Below, one piece after another: positions 30,003 through 39,437 of a stretch of 64,000 nucleotides of DNA (the first letter of the stretch is position 1; every line of letters begins with the position of its first letter). The notes under the pieces are model-generated. The model did not search any database, was not told the origin of the DNA, and saw only the letters and a list, made by a program, of their open reading frames with translations. The stretch is from the sequence record DRR378314_1883. One strand, given 5' to 3'. A program made the position numbers and the translations under genes.

Positions 30003-33000
30003 TTATCTTGGATTTCCAATATAACTGTTCAGTTCCAACTTTATAAATTGAAACCCAGATCCCTTAAGTGGCTGTAGTTGGTCATATGAATGCTGCCGAA
30101 TCCGTTCTTGAATCACTTTTCCTGCAATTTGCGCATTGGGCAGGCCATTAACAAAACAGTTTTTTAGACTGCTGTCGACAATCTCCAACCCTCCCAATTC
30201 CAAATTATTGTAATGGAACGACTGTTTGCGCTGTACGCGGACCCCTTCACGTACAAATTTGTGGTCCACCCAAAGAAGATTTTTCTCAGTATCGTAATAA
30301 GAAATCAATAGTAAGGGAATGGTTACTTCCTGAACCCCTGAATTGTACAGTTGTCCCTTAAACCCGTTTGGCAACAATTGTAATTCCTGTAGCACCAATC
30401 CCTTATAAAGATCGGTATTGGCCACATTTCCCGCACACTGCAAATTGAATTTGGTAGGTTGCTCCGAAAATTGCACTGGTGTAAATTCATCTGGATTGAA
30501 AGTAGGAGGAATAGTGTCTTTGGTCTGTGACCATGCAATGCCTTCAAAATTAATTTTAAAGGTGGTGGTTTCCATTGGCATTAGCTTATGCTTCAGATGA
30601 AACTTGGCATTATAATTGGCCAATTCTTTATCGTCATCATTGTACAGGGTGGCCTTTAACACCACGTCGGCAGGTACATTGTCCACATTCTGCAACTCGC
30701 CGATAACCGAGTAACTACCGTCCATTTTAACCAATTTGGCACTGAGCACCTCCAGAACAGGTTGTTTCAGTACATCCTCATGATGGGTCTGTTCTGTGGT
30801 TATTTTTCGGCGACCATGGTTATAAAAAGTAGTACTGTTGGAAGTAAACAATTGATCAGGGGGAATGTCGCTATCTAAATAGGAAGGTTCTATATACCAT
30901 TTCCCTTGACGTTTTACCAAATCATGATTATAGGTCTTTTGTATTCTTTCCAAGGGGGTTACCCAATAGGTTTTTACCTCCGCCCTGGCATTTTGGTCAG
31001 TCTCATTGGATAGTTTTATTTCCATGGCGTCCAATTTGGCATAGGAGCTTAGGATACCATCGGTTACAGATACTTCCTGCATATATTGGGCAATCGAAAT
31101 TTCCTTTTCTATATCCAAAAATGAGTGTGCTGTCTCAAATTCCTTAAAATCCAAGGCATTATAATAGGCCTTAACCACATTTTGTGGAGACCTTTGGGCT
31201 GTGTTGTGGATATAAAATTGGTAGATTCCAAATCCGAACAACGATAAGACCAAGAATGCCCAGAGATGATTTACACTGATAAGGAATGATGGAAATTTCC
31301 TATATTCAATAGCATACTTCATATAGTCCGGCTGTTGGATCATTCTTGAATTAAGTATTCGAATCCAGAGCAGTTGAATATTGATAACAAAGGCTATCAC
31401 TACCGTTAGAATAGGCACAATGCCCCACATTAGCTTCAGCCATTGGGCTACATCCTCTTTGGGAAGAATGGAGGGCACCGGGGGTACGTTTAATTTTTCC
31501 CAAACCATAATACCATTTTCCAACTGTTGTAGACGTTGCCATCCACAGAAATAAAGGATGGGGTCATAGAATTTATCATTACTAAAGATATACTTTAGGT
31601 TATACTTTTCCGGAACGGTCAAAAACTGCTGAAGGGAACCAATACCTTCTACCCCCCTAAATTTCGAATTCTCCAAACGCTCAATGGCCCTGGTCGTCAA
31701 TTCCGGTAATCGTCTTGCAGAATGATAATTACCATCAACGGTCATGGCATTTGTCTGCGACGAGAGCCAAGCCATTTGATCCCCGAAACCCAAGGGCAAA
31801 TATCGCCACTGGTCGTGTTGGTCCTGATTTAAAAAATTGACGATGGGCAACATTTTTATTTTTTGGGGTTGGGAAGGTCGAAAATACCCCAAACTCATTG
31901 TAAAAATCACCATTAAAAGTATACTGCCACCTATTAAAATACTAAGCACCCTATGATAGAAAGCCCCAAATCGTTGCTGAAGTTGAAGTTTTAGATCCCC
32001 TTCGGCCAATCTATAGATGAATTCCCCAAAAATAGGTAATGCCATTATGGTAGCCCAAAGGGTGAAACGGTCCAAGGTCAGAATATTAAAAGCTGTTTCG
32101 CCCAATACCTTCAGTGGAATTGGGGTTGTACCCCCAGTGCCCAAAATAGTAAGTACCGATATGGACAAACCAAAGAACAAATATCGTTTACTGTAAAACC
32201 GGTAAAAAATATAGGGCAGAAAGAACAGCAGGATTCCCCAAGGCACAATAAAGAAAACCAGACCTGAAGAGGTCACTTCCAAAAAATTATCCCTGGAACC
32301 ATGTGGAATGGGGATTTGGGTAATAGGGTTCTTTTTGGAATTGACCCAATAGGGCAAAATACAGACCACTATTAATACCAAAGAGGAAAAACCAAATCCA
32401 ACTATACGCCAAAAGAGCTGTTTAAAAGATTTGAAGAACACCTTAAAAGTTAATTCCCTATTGGTAGATACCTTATCACGGGATACATCCATAACGACCA
32501 TTCCAATTAATGGAAAGACAAAAAATACCATTCCAAAAATAGGTGTAACATGATGAGAGGTAACCGTTACGGCAATCAATGATAAGGAAGTGAGTAAATA
32601 ATGCGACCTCCCCGTTTTGATCCATAGATATATCTCAGGCAGGGCATGCAAAAGAACTGAAAGTCCAATAATACTGGGTAACTGCCCAAATATATGTAAG
32701 GTTTCTATAAAGGTTGTGGAAAATACCGCCATCAAGGAAGTATAGCCTGCTACTTTTTGATTCCCCGTCATTAAAAGCCCAAAACGGTAAGTACCTGTAA
32801 TAAAAAGAACAATTCCCAAAAGAGCTACCGTGAACAATCCAAATTTTAAGCCACCAACATAGGATAAAAGGGCAATGGATTGATGAACTAAAGGTGGATA
32901 ACCCTGAACTGTAAACCCCGTATACCATCTATAATCCCATGGTTCGAACCAACTATTGGCATAATGATCGGCAAAAAAAAGATGGATCAAAGCATCATAG

Positions 33001-33089
33001 GTAGATTCCAATGTAAAAAAAATACTGGCACCGTGAAATGTAAGTCCAAAAAACAGGGCCAAGACCAGTAAACTATTGGTGTTTTTCAT
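30003..33089 (-). CDS. Large polytopic membrane protein, GT-C-like glycosyltransferase with C-terminal soluble domains
   Basis: TYDALIH after TM1, WYTGF..GYPPL loop, more than 12 TMs, SHH motif; C-terminal repeats resembling FxLYD Ig-like domains (VIGELQN...ATLYNDD; GQLYN...SYYDTE). Confidence 0.65.
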   Translation of the reverse strand: MKNTNSLLVLALFFGLTFHGASIFFTLESTYDALIHLFFADHYANSWFEPWDYRWYTGFTVQGYPPLVHQSIALLSYVGGLKFGLFTVALLGIVLFITGTYRFGLLMTGNQKVAGYTSLMAVFSTTFIETLHIFGQLPSIIGLSVLLHALPEIYLWIKTGRSHYLLTSLSLIAVTVTSHHVTPIFGMVFFVFPLIGMVVMDVSRDKVSTNRELTFKVFFKSFKQLFWRIVGFGFSSLVLIVVCILPYWVNSKKNPITQIPIPHGSRDNFLEVTSSGLVFFIVPWGILLFFLPYIFYRFYSKRYLFFGLSISVLTILGTGGTTPIPLKVLGETAFNILTLDRFTLWATIMALPIFGEFIYRLAEGDLKLQLQQRFGAFYHRVLSILIGGSILLMVIFTMSLGYFRPSQPQKIKMLPIVNFLNQDQHDQWRYLPLGFGDQMAWLSSQTNAMTVDGNYHSARRLPELTTRAIERLENSKFRGVEGIGSLQQFLTVPEKYNLKYIFSNDKFYDPILYFCGWQRLQQLENGIMVWEKLNVPPVPSILPKEDVAQWLKLMWGIVPILTVVIAFVINIQLLWIRILNSRMIQQPDYMKYAIEYRKFPSFLISVNHLWAFLVLSLFGFGIYQFYIHNTAQRSPQNVVKAYYNALDFKEFETAHSFLDIEKEISIAQYMQEVSVTDGILSSYAKLDAMEIKLSNETDQNARAEVKTYWVTPLERIQKTYNHDLVKRQGKWYIEPSYLDSDIPPDQLFTSNSTTFYNHGRRKITTEQTHHEDVLKQPVLEVLSAKLVKMDGSYSVIGELQNVDNVPADVVLKATLYNDDDKELANYNAKFHLKHKLMPMETTTFKINFEGIAWSQTKDTIPPTFNPDEFTPVQFSEQPTKFNLQCAGNVANTDLYKGLVLQELQLLPNGFKGQLYNSGVQEVTIPLLLISYYDTEKNLLWVDHKFVREGVRVQRKQSFHYNNLELGGLEIVDSSLKNCFVNGLPNAQIAGKVIQERIRQHSYDQLQPLKGSGFQFIKLELNSYIGNPR

Positions 33090-33172
33090 TAATGGATTGT
33101 AACAGAATTATAACAATTTAAAGGTAGCATTATTGTATAAGAGTCTATATATCAGTCATCGCATCAAAAAAT

Positions 33173-33243
33173 CCATTCACCTACAGAAAACAGCCACTCA
33201 ACTTTTGACCATCATTTTAAAGGGTAGCTTGTTGCTACATTTG
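33173..33243 (+). promoter_or_regulatory. Putative LytTR-type operator plus promoter of the REC-GT2 gene
   Basis: CCATTCACCTAC (33173) and CCACTCAACTTT (33194); consensus -7 TACATTTG ends at 33243. Confidence 0.65.
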
Positions 33244-33299
33244 CTCCAGAAATCACAATAAACCAAGCGATTTAAATAAATAAACTTAAAACTTAACCT

Positions 33300-34439
33300 A
33301 TGAAAATTTTAGCCATTGACGACCAACAACTAATTCTCCTATCAGTAGAGAAAAGATTATCCGAACTCGGATATGCAGTAAAAACGGCCAACAGCGGGGC
33401 CAGCGGAATAAAGCTATTCGATAGCTACAAACCAGATCTTGTTTTGGTTGACATGAACATGCCCGATATGTCCGGGATGGAAGTGGTAAAACATATCAGA
33501 TTTTTCAAAGATTCCAAAACACCTGTGCTGGTCATGTCCGGAAATACTGATGAATCTATAATTCTTAATAGTTTTATGCTTGGTATTGACGATTATATGA
33601 AAAAACCTGTGAGTTTGGATGAAATGACCGCTAGGATCAAAAGAATAGTCGGAAGTCCAAAAATACAGGTTAATGGATTGCCAAAAGCAAGTACGCGTAT
33701 GCTGCAAAAAAATTGTGTGGGTGTAGTAATTCCCTGCTATAATGAGGAGGATAGACTGTCCAGTGAGCTGTTCCGAAATTTTGCCTTCGAGAATCTTGGT
33801 TACCATCTATGTTTTGTAAACGACGGAAGTACGGACAATACTTTGGAAGTATTGGAAGAACTTAGAAAAGGAAACGAGTCCAACATAAGTATCTATAACT
33901 GTGATAAAAATGGTGGAAAAGCGGAAGCGGTCAGACAAGGAATACAGTATTTAATGCAGGACGAACAATTTGATTATGTAGGGTATCTTGATGCGGATCT
34001 TTCTACAGACTTCAGGGATTTTGACGACTTGGTCAAAACCATGGAAACCTCTAAATTTAAAATTGTGAGTGGCTCGCGTATCAGCAGAATGGGTGCTGAC
34101 ATCACCAAGGAATCTGCCCGAAAAATAATTAGTAAAACCATAAATATTATTATTCAAAAGATTCTTGGCATGCCCTTTAAGGATACCCAATGCGGTGCCA
34201 AGGTAATGAACAGGGAAATTGCAGCAACTATGTTTGCAAAGAAATTCATAACCAAATGGTTATTCGATGTTGAAATATTTATGCGCATGCGTAAGCATTA
34301 CGGTAAAAAGGAGGCGACCAATATGATCTGCGAACAACCATTAAAGCGCTGGATTCATGCCGACGGATCTAAACTATCTATGAAGGATTCCATCAAAATT
34401 GTAGGCCAATTGGCAAAGATTGCGATAGTTTACAATTAG
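33300..34439 (+). CDS. Response regulator receiver fused to GT2 polyprenyl-phosphate glycosyltransferase
   Basis: REC (IDD, VDMNMP, MSG, KP) then GT2 VIPCYNE, VNDGSTD, GKAEAV, DADLS, GSR, DTQCGAK, WLFDVEI. Confidence 0.92.
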   Translation: MKILAIDDQQLILLSVEKRLSELGYAVKTANSGASGIKLFDSYKPDLVLVDMNMPDMSGMEVVKHIRFFKDSKTPVLVMSGNTDESIILNSFMLGIDDYMKKPVSLDEMTARIKRIVGSPKIQVNGLPKASTRMLQKNCVGVVIPCYNEEDRLSSELFRNFAFENLGYHLCFVNDGSTDNTLEVLEELRKGNESNISIYNCDKNGGKAEAVRQGIQYLMQDEQFDYVGYLDADLSTDFRDFDDLVKTMETSKFKIVSGSRISRMGADITKESARKIISKTINIIIQKILGMPFKDTQCGAKVMNREIAATMFAKKFITKWLFDVEIFMRMRKHYGKKEATNMICEQPLKRWIHADGSKLSMKDSIKIVGQLAKIAIVYN

Positions 34440-34443
34440 TAGG

Positions 34444-34488
34444 AAAGGAGGTATCCATAACTTTATTTTAAATTGAGATACCTCTTTT
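34444..34488 (+). terminator. Probable terminator after REC-GT2
   Basis: AAAGGAGGTATC...GATACCTCTTTT inverted repeat. Confidence 0.5.
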
Positions 34489-34554
34489 GGCTTTGAAGAT
34501 TTTGATATGATCATTTTTTGTTATCTTCAAATCCAAATAACAACAACCAAAATA

Positions 34555-35976
34555 ATGATGAAACAGTGGCTTAAAACCAGCATAAATTTAAAAACTTTGC
34601 TAACCCTTCTATTAATATCCTCTTGTTTCAGCAATGGCTGGGGCCAAGAAAACCTTAGCAAAACCCCTAATTTCATCATCATCTTTGCAGACGATCTGGG
34701 CTATGGCGACCTAGGTACCTATGGGCACCCAACCATTAAAACACCCCATCTGGATCAAATGGCCTCGGAGGGGCAAAAGTGGACCAATTTTTACGTAGGT
34801 GCCAGTGTGTGTACGCCCAGTAGGGCGGCATTGTTAACTGGAAGATTGCCAGTAAGAAGTGGTATGGCCAGTGATAAGCACAGGGTGTTGTTCCCCGACT
34901 CCAAATACGGGCTACCCAGCTCAGAGATTACCTTGGCGGAACAATTAAAAAAAGTTGGTTATAGTACAGCCTGTGTTGGCAAGTGGCATTTGGGCCATAA
35001 GGAAGAATACCTACCTACCAATAATGGGTTCGATTACTATTTTGGTATCCCCTACTCCAATGATATGGATTTTGTGGGGGATTATAAGGCCTTCAAAGAA
35101 TCTAAAGGGAGTTTGCCCACCGAAAACTTTAATGTGCCCTTAATAAGAAATACGGAAATAATAGAACGCCCTGCCAATCAAAATACCATTACCAAAAGAT
35201 ATGCAGAGGAAACCATTTCTTTTATCAAAAGAAATAAGGATAATCCTTTCTTTATATACTTGGCCCACAATCTTCCCCATATTCCGTTATTCGCCTCAGA
35301 GGATTTTTTGGGTAAAAGTAAAAGGGGAATATATGGCGATGTATTGGAGGAAATTGATCATGGCATAGGACAAATAATTGCTGCCCTAAAGGAAGAGGGA
35401 TTGGACAAAAACACCATCGTAATCTTTACCTCGGACAATGGCCCTTGGCTTTCCTACGGAATTAATGGCGGAAGTGCCGGTCTGTTAAAGGCCGGAAAAG
35501 GCATGACCTGGGAGGGTGGAATGCGGGAGCCTTGCATTTTCTGGTCGCCGTCCAACATTAAACCGGCCGTGGTTAGCGAACTGGGCACCACCATGGACCT
35601 TTTCACAACCTTCAGTGCCTTGGCCGGCGTACCCTTGCCCAAGGACAGGGTTATGGATGGTTTTGACCTAAGTGGCACCCTTTTTAAGAATGCACCCAGC
35701 CCGCGAAAGGAAGTTTTCTATTATAGGGGAACACAACTATATGCTGCCCGACTAGGAGATTATAAAGCCCATTACATTACCCAGGGATCTTATGGCCAAT
35801 TTGGGGAAAAAGAAGTTCACGATATCCCAATCCTATACAATTTAAGCGAAGACCCATCAGAGAACTTTGATATTGGAGCAAGTCATCCAGAAATTCTTGC
35901 CGATATAGACCGTATGGTCAAGGAGCACCAGTCCAAACTAATTATGGGCAAGGACCAATTGGCGGATAAGGAATAG
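34555..35976 (+). CDS. Formylglycine-dependent sulfatase (S1)
   Basis: Signal peptide; ADDLGYGD, CTPSRAALLTGR, GKWHLG, SDNG. Confidence 0.95.
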   Translation: MMKQWLKTSINLKTLLTLLLISSCFSNGWGQENLSKTPNFIIIFADDLGYGDLGTYGHPTIKTPHLDQMASEGQKWTNFYVGASVCTPSRAALLTGRLPVRSGMASDKHRVLFPDSKYGLPSSEITLAEQLKKVGYSTACVGKWHLGHKEEYLPTNNGFDYYFGIPYSNDMDFVGDYKAFKESKGSLPTENFNVPLIRNTEIIERPANQNTITKRYAEETISFIKRNKDNPFFIYLAHNLPHIPLFASEDFLGKSKRGIYGDVLEEIDHGIGQIIAALKEEGLDKNTIVIFTSDNGPWLSYGINGGSAGLLKAGKGMTWEGGMREPCIFWSPSNIKPAVVSELGTTMDLFTTFSALAGVPLPKDRVMDGFDLSGTLFKNAPSPRKEVFYYRGTQLYAARLGDYKAHYITQGSYGQFGEKEVHDIPILYNLSEDPSENFDIGASHPEILADIDRMVKEHQSKLIMGKDQLADKE

Positions 35977-36037
35977 TTGGGGCACCAAAGCTACTTGGAA
36001 GTAGTTACTATAACATTGGCCATGCATACCATAGTCA

Positions 36038-37027
36038 CTATATAGAGCCCTCACCTACCGCTTTCCGGCGTGCGAGTTTTCCCGCTATAATACTCATAAT
36101 CAAAATCTGACTAGCATGGTATATCATTAGGGGCAACAAAATAATTCCAATGGATGCCATCTTCCCAAACAAAATTTTAGAAAAAACAGTACCATGTACA
36201 AGTGACTTTTTTGTCCCACAGAACTGGGCAGTAATTTGATCTTCCAGATTGAATTTTAGTTTTTTAGCCGTAATTCCAGTACTAAAAAACACCAAAAAGA
36301 ATAGGGCCAATACCCCAATAAAAAGCATTACCAAATCCAAAAGGGATACCGAACCGAATATTTTTGCCTCAAATGATTCCGCAAAACTTTTGTAAATAAT
36401 GAGCAATATAATCGACTTGTCAAAAAGCGACAATTGACTACTGTATTTTTGTGCCAAAACCCCCAAAAACCGTTGCAGAAGAAGCCCTAAAAAGACGGGG
36501 ACCAAAATTTGCAGTAAAAGCTTTGTGTATATTTCCGTGAAGTCGAAATCTGCCTGGGTATTCTGAACAAAAAGTCCCATCCATATTGGCGTTAGCACTA
36601 TCCCTATAATACCTGAAATACTCGCGTTAAAAATGGCTGCCGGGATGTTTCCCTTGGCCATGGAGACCATTACAACAGAGGAAGATACCGTGGACGGTAG
36701 GGCTGCCAAAAAAAAGAAGGCCAACCAAAGTGTCTCCTGTTCTTCATTTTGCATGAGCGGATAAAATGTTAAAACAATAAGTGGAAATATCAAAAAGGTA
36801 GATGCCTGCACCAACAAGTGCAACTTCCAGTTCTTAAGTCCGGCCTTTAATTTTTGGGGACTCAATTTTAATCCATAAAAAAAGAAGATCAATGAAATTC
36901 CTATTGCACTAATTGTATCGATAGGAACGCGACTGTCTGCCGTACCCCATTGTGGAAAAATATAAGCTATACCAATAACAGCTATTATGGACAGAACAAA
37001 CCCATCGATCTTAAATTTCATACTCAA
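36038..37027 (-). CDS. Bile acid:sodium symporter family transporter
   Basis: IFFFYGLKLS, LPSTVSSSV, FCGTKKSL, PLMIYH. Confidence 0.9.
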   Translation of the reverse strand: MSMKFKIDGFVLSIIAVIGIAYIFPQWGTADSRVPIDTISAIGISLIFFFYGLKLSPQKLKAGLKNWKLHLLVQASTFLIFPLIVLTFYPLMQNEEQETLWLAFFFLAALPSTVSSSVVMVSMAKGNIPAAIFNASISGIIGIVLTPIWMGLFVQNTQADFDFTEIYTKLLLQILVPVFLGLLLQRFLGVLAQKYSSQLSLFDKSIILLIIYKSFAESFEAKIFGSVSLLDLVMLFIGVLALFFLVFFSTGITAKKLKFNLEDQITAQFCGTKKSLVHGTVFSKILFGKMASIGIILLPLMIYHASQILIMSIIAGKLARRKAVGEGSI

Positions 37028-37211
37028 TCCCTGTTTTACAGTTTGCCCATTAAATTAATTGAGGTAGTCCGGTGATAGATAAATTAAAAAAAACCACTGC
37101 GAACAATAAGCTGGCAAAATTAAGATTTAATCCCAAAATATATAGAGATCTACCCGCTTAAATCAGATTATGGAATCTGTACAAAAAAAGGAAGTGGACA
37201 AAATACATTAA

Positions 37212-38240
37212 TCAATTAATTTTCAAAACTTTAGCTCCTTTAACATGACGTTCTTTAAGTTCAAGCAGCGCCTTATTGGCCTCCTCCAAGGAAAATATTT
37301 GAACTTCTGGCCTAATGGAAGCATTAGCTGCCAAAATTAGAAAATCTTCAACATCCTTGGCCGTTAAATTGGCAACCGACTTAATTTCCTTCTCCATCCA
37401 TAGATGGTCTTGATAGTTTAGATTTTGTAGGTAACCTTTATCCGTCCCTTCCTTTCGAATGGCATTGATGACCAACCGGCCTCCTTTTTTTAAATTGGCA
37501 AGAGCTTCCACCACGGGTTTCCAGGCAGGCGTGGTGTCTATGATAAAATCCAATTTCTCCGGGCAGGCATTTGAGGTATCTCCGGCCCATTCCGCCCCCA
37601 ATTCCATGGCAAATGACCTTTCCTCCTCCTTTCTGGCAAATACGAATATTTTGGTCTTGGGGTAAGAATACTTCAATATTTTTAAGACAAGATGTGCGGA
37701 GGCTCCAAAACCGGTAAGTCCTACATTGTCACCATCCTTTAATTGTGCAAGCCGTAAAGATCGATATCCTATTGCCCCTGCACAAAGAAGTGGAGCTGCC
37801 TCGGCATCGGAAAAAAATTCTGGGATCTTGTGGGCATATTTTTCAGGAACGGCCATGTACTCCGCATATCCGCCATTGACATCCTTTCCCGTGGCCAGAA
37901 AATGATCACAAAGATTTTCTTTTCCATCCAAACAAAACTTGCACAAGCCGCAAGCGGAATAAATCCAGGCCACCCCTACCCGATCTCCTATCTTTAATTT
38001 CGATATCCCAGTTCCTAATTCAGTAACAATTCCTACCACCTGATGTCCGGGTACCACAGGAAAAACTATTGGGGCTATTCTCCCCTCTATTTCATCCAGC
38101 TCCGTATGACAAACCCCACAAACCGAAATCTTTATCAATACTTCCATGTCTTTAGGTACGGGAACGGGAATATTTACCATGGTCAAAGGATTCCTATTTT
38201 CCTTTAAATTGCTTACTCCATTCAATATCATTGCCTTCAT
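37212..38240 (-). CDS. Zinc-dependent alcohol dehydrogenase family protein
   Basis: CGVCHTE, PGHQVVG, CGLCKFC...C, PLLCAG, GFGASAH. Confidence 0.92.
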   Translation of the reverse strand: MKAMILNGVSNLKENRNPLTMVNIPVPVPKDMEVLIKISVCGVCHTELDEIEGRIAPIVFPVVPGHQVVGIVTELGTGISKLKIGDRVGVAWIYSACGLCKFCLDGKENLCDHFLATGKDVNGGYAEYMAVPEKYAHKIPEFFSDAEAAPLLCAGAIGYRSLRLAQLKDGDNVGLTGFGASAHLVLKILKYSYPKTKIFVFARKEEERSFAMELGAEWAGDTSNACPEKLDFIIDTTPAWKPVVEALANLKKGGRLVINAIRKEGTDKGYLQNLNYQDHLWMEKEIKSVANLTAKDVEDFLILAANASIRPEVQIFSLEEANKALLELKERHVKGAKVLKIN

Positions 38241-38300
38241 ATGCGCTGGTCATTTTATTGTCCAAAACCTTTCCTAATCCAATCATACAATAAGTAAATA

Positions 38301-39383
38301 CTAGTCAACAACGTTATAGGCAATATCAACCACCTCAAATTTTCCATAGACGAATTCCCCATCTGGGTAATGCCATGTAGCTTCTCCATAGGTAGGCAGT
38401 TGGTAGCCGTTAACATTTTTATAATTACCTGCGGGAGTTGAAAAAGGAAACGCTTTCATTTCAGAAACGGAATAGCGATCATTGGAAACAAAATTAACAA
38501 GCTGTCCCTTTTCATTAAAGTATAAAATAGCAGATATTATAGTGCCGTTGTTATTAAAGGTGGCTTTTGCGATTAAGTTATCCAAGGTTTCCCAGCTTAT
38601 TCTATCATCTATAAGAGCGGCTGGGGCAAATAGACATAGATCATTAAAAAAGGTCACCGTTTCCGTGGGATACAATTCCGGTTCTGCAAGGTCCACCACC
38701 GAAAAAAGGGACAAGAGTTTTATTTGCATCCTGGCCGCTTCATTGATGTACTTATGATAGCCATAAGTGGGCAGACCTATTACGTGGGCCTTCATAAAGA
38801 ACAATCGGGTGGGCGAAACGAAAAAATTATATTGTTCCGAAGTAAATTTGAACCAATCCTTGCCCTTGTCTCGCATTTCTCCTTTAAACACAATTTTAAC
38901 ATTTTTTATCTTGGGCTTTCCTACCGCACCCACATAAACCAGATACTTTTGAACGCACATTGGCAAAGGAGCCAAATCCTCTTCAGTTAGAAGTTCAGGA
39001 GTTGGGGCATTTATGTTCATGGCAGAAGCAACATCCTCTTTAAAACCTCTTTCAAATATCAAATTGGACATACCTACAATGGCCACCACCATTATAATAA
39101 CATTCGCAATTGTCCCATATTTGGCATCGGCCCAGGTCGTAAAAATTAAACTTTGTGAAAGAATCACAACTACAATTCCAAGTAATGGCCACCAGTCCTT
39201 TCTTAAAAGCAATCCAAGTGCTGTCACTATAAAAAATAGTGCCGCCAAGAACCAAAGTATTCCCATGGGCCTGGAGATTTCCTTGGTGAATTGTTCCATC
39301 TCCCCAAATTGGAAGGCTTTGGCAAAACCCAGCACATGGATAAGGCCGTGTAGAATAATTAACAACAGCAATACAATGCGCAT
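38301..39383 (-). CDS. DUF6544-like membrane protein
   Basis: Four N-terminal TMs (HGLIH, WADAKYGT) and a soluble domain LPxCVQKYL...SNDRY; start set at MRIVLL. Confidence 0.7.
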   Translation of the reverse strand: MRIVLLLLIILHGLIHVLGFAKAFQFGEMEQFTKEISRPMGILWFLAALFFIVTALGLLLRKDWWPLLGIVVVILSQSLIFTTWADAKYGTIANVIIMVVAIVGMSNLIFERGFKEDVASAMNINAPTPELLTEEDLAPLPMCVQKYLVYVGAVGKPKIKNVKIVFKGEMRDKGKDWFKFTSEQYNFFVSPTRLFFMKAHVIGLPTYGYHKYINEAARMQIKLLSLFSVVDLAEPELYPTETVTFFNDLCLFAPAALIDDRISWETLDNLIAKATFNNNGTIISAILYFNEKGQLVNFVSNDRYSVSEMKAFPFSTPAGNYKNVNGYQLPTYGEATWHYPDGEFVYGKFEVVDIAYNVVD

Positions 39384-39437
39384 ATCTACCCCTTTGAAAT
39401 TAAAAATAAACAATACTTATAACTCATAGGTATTTAT

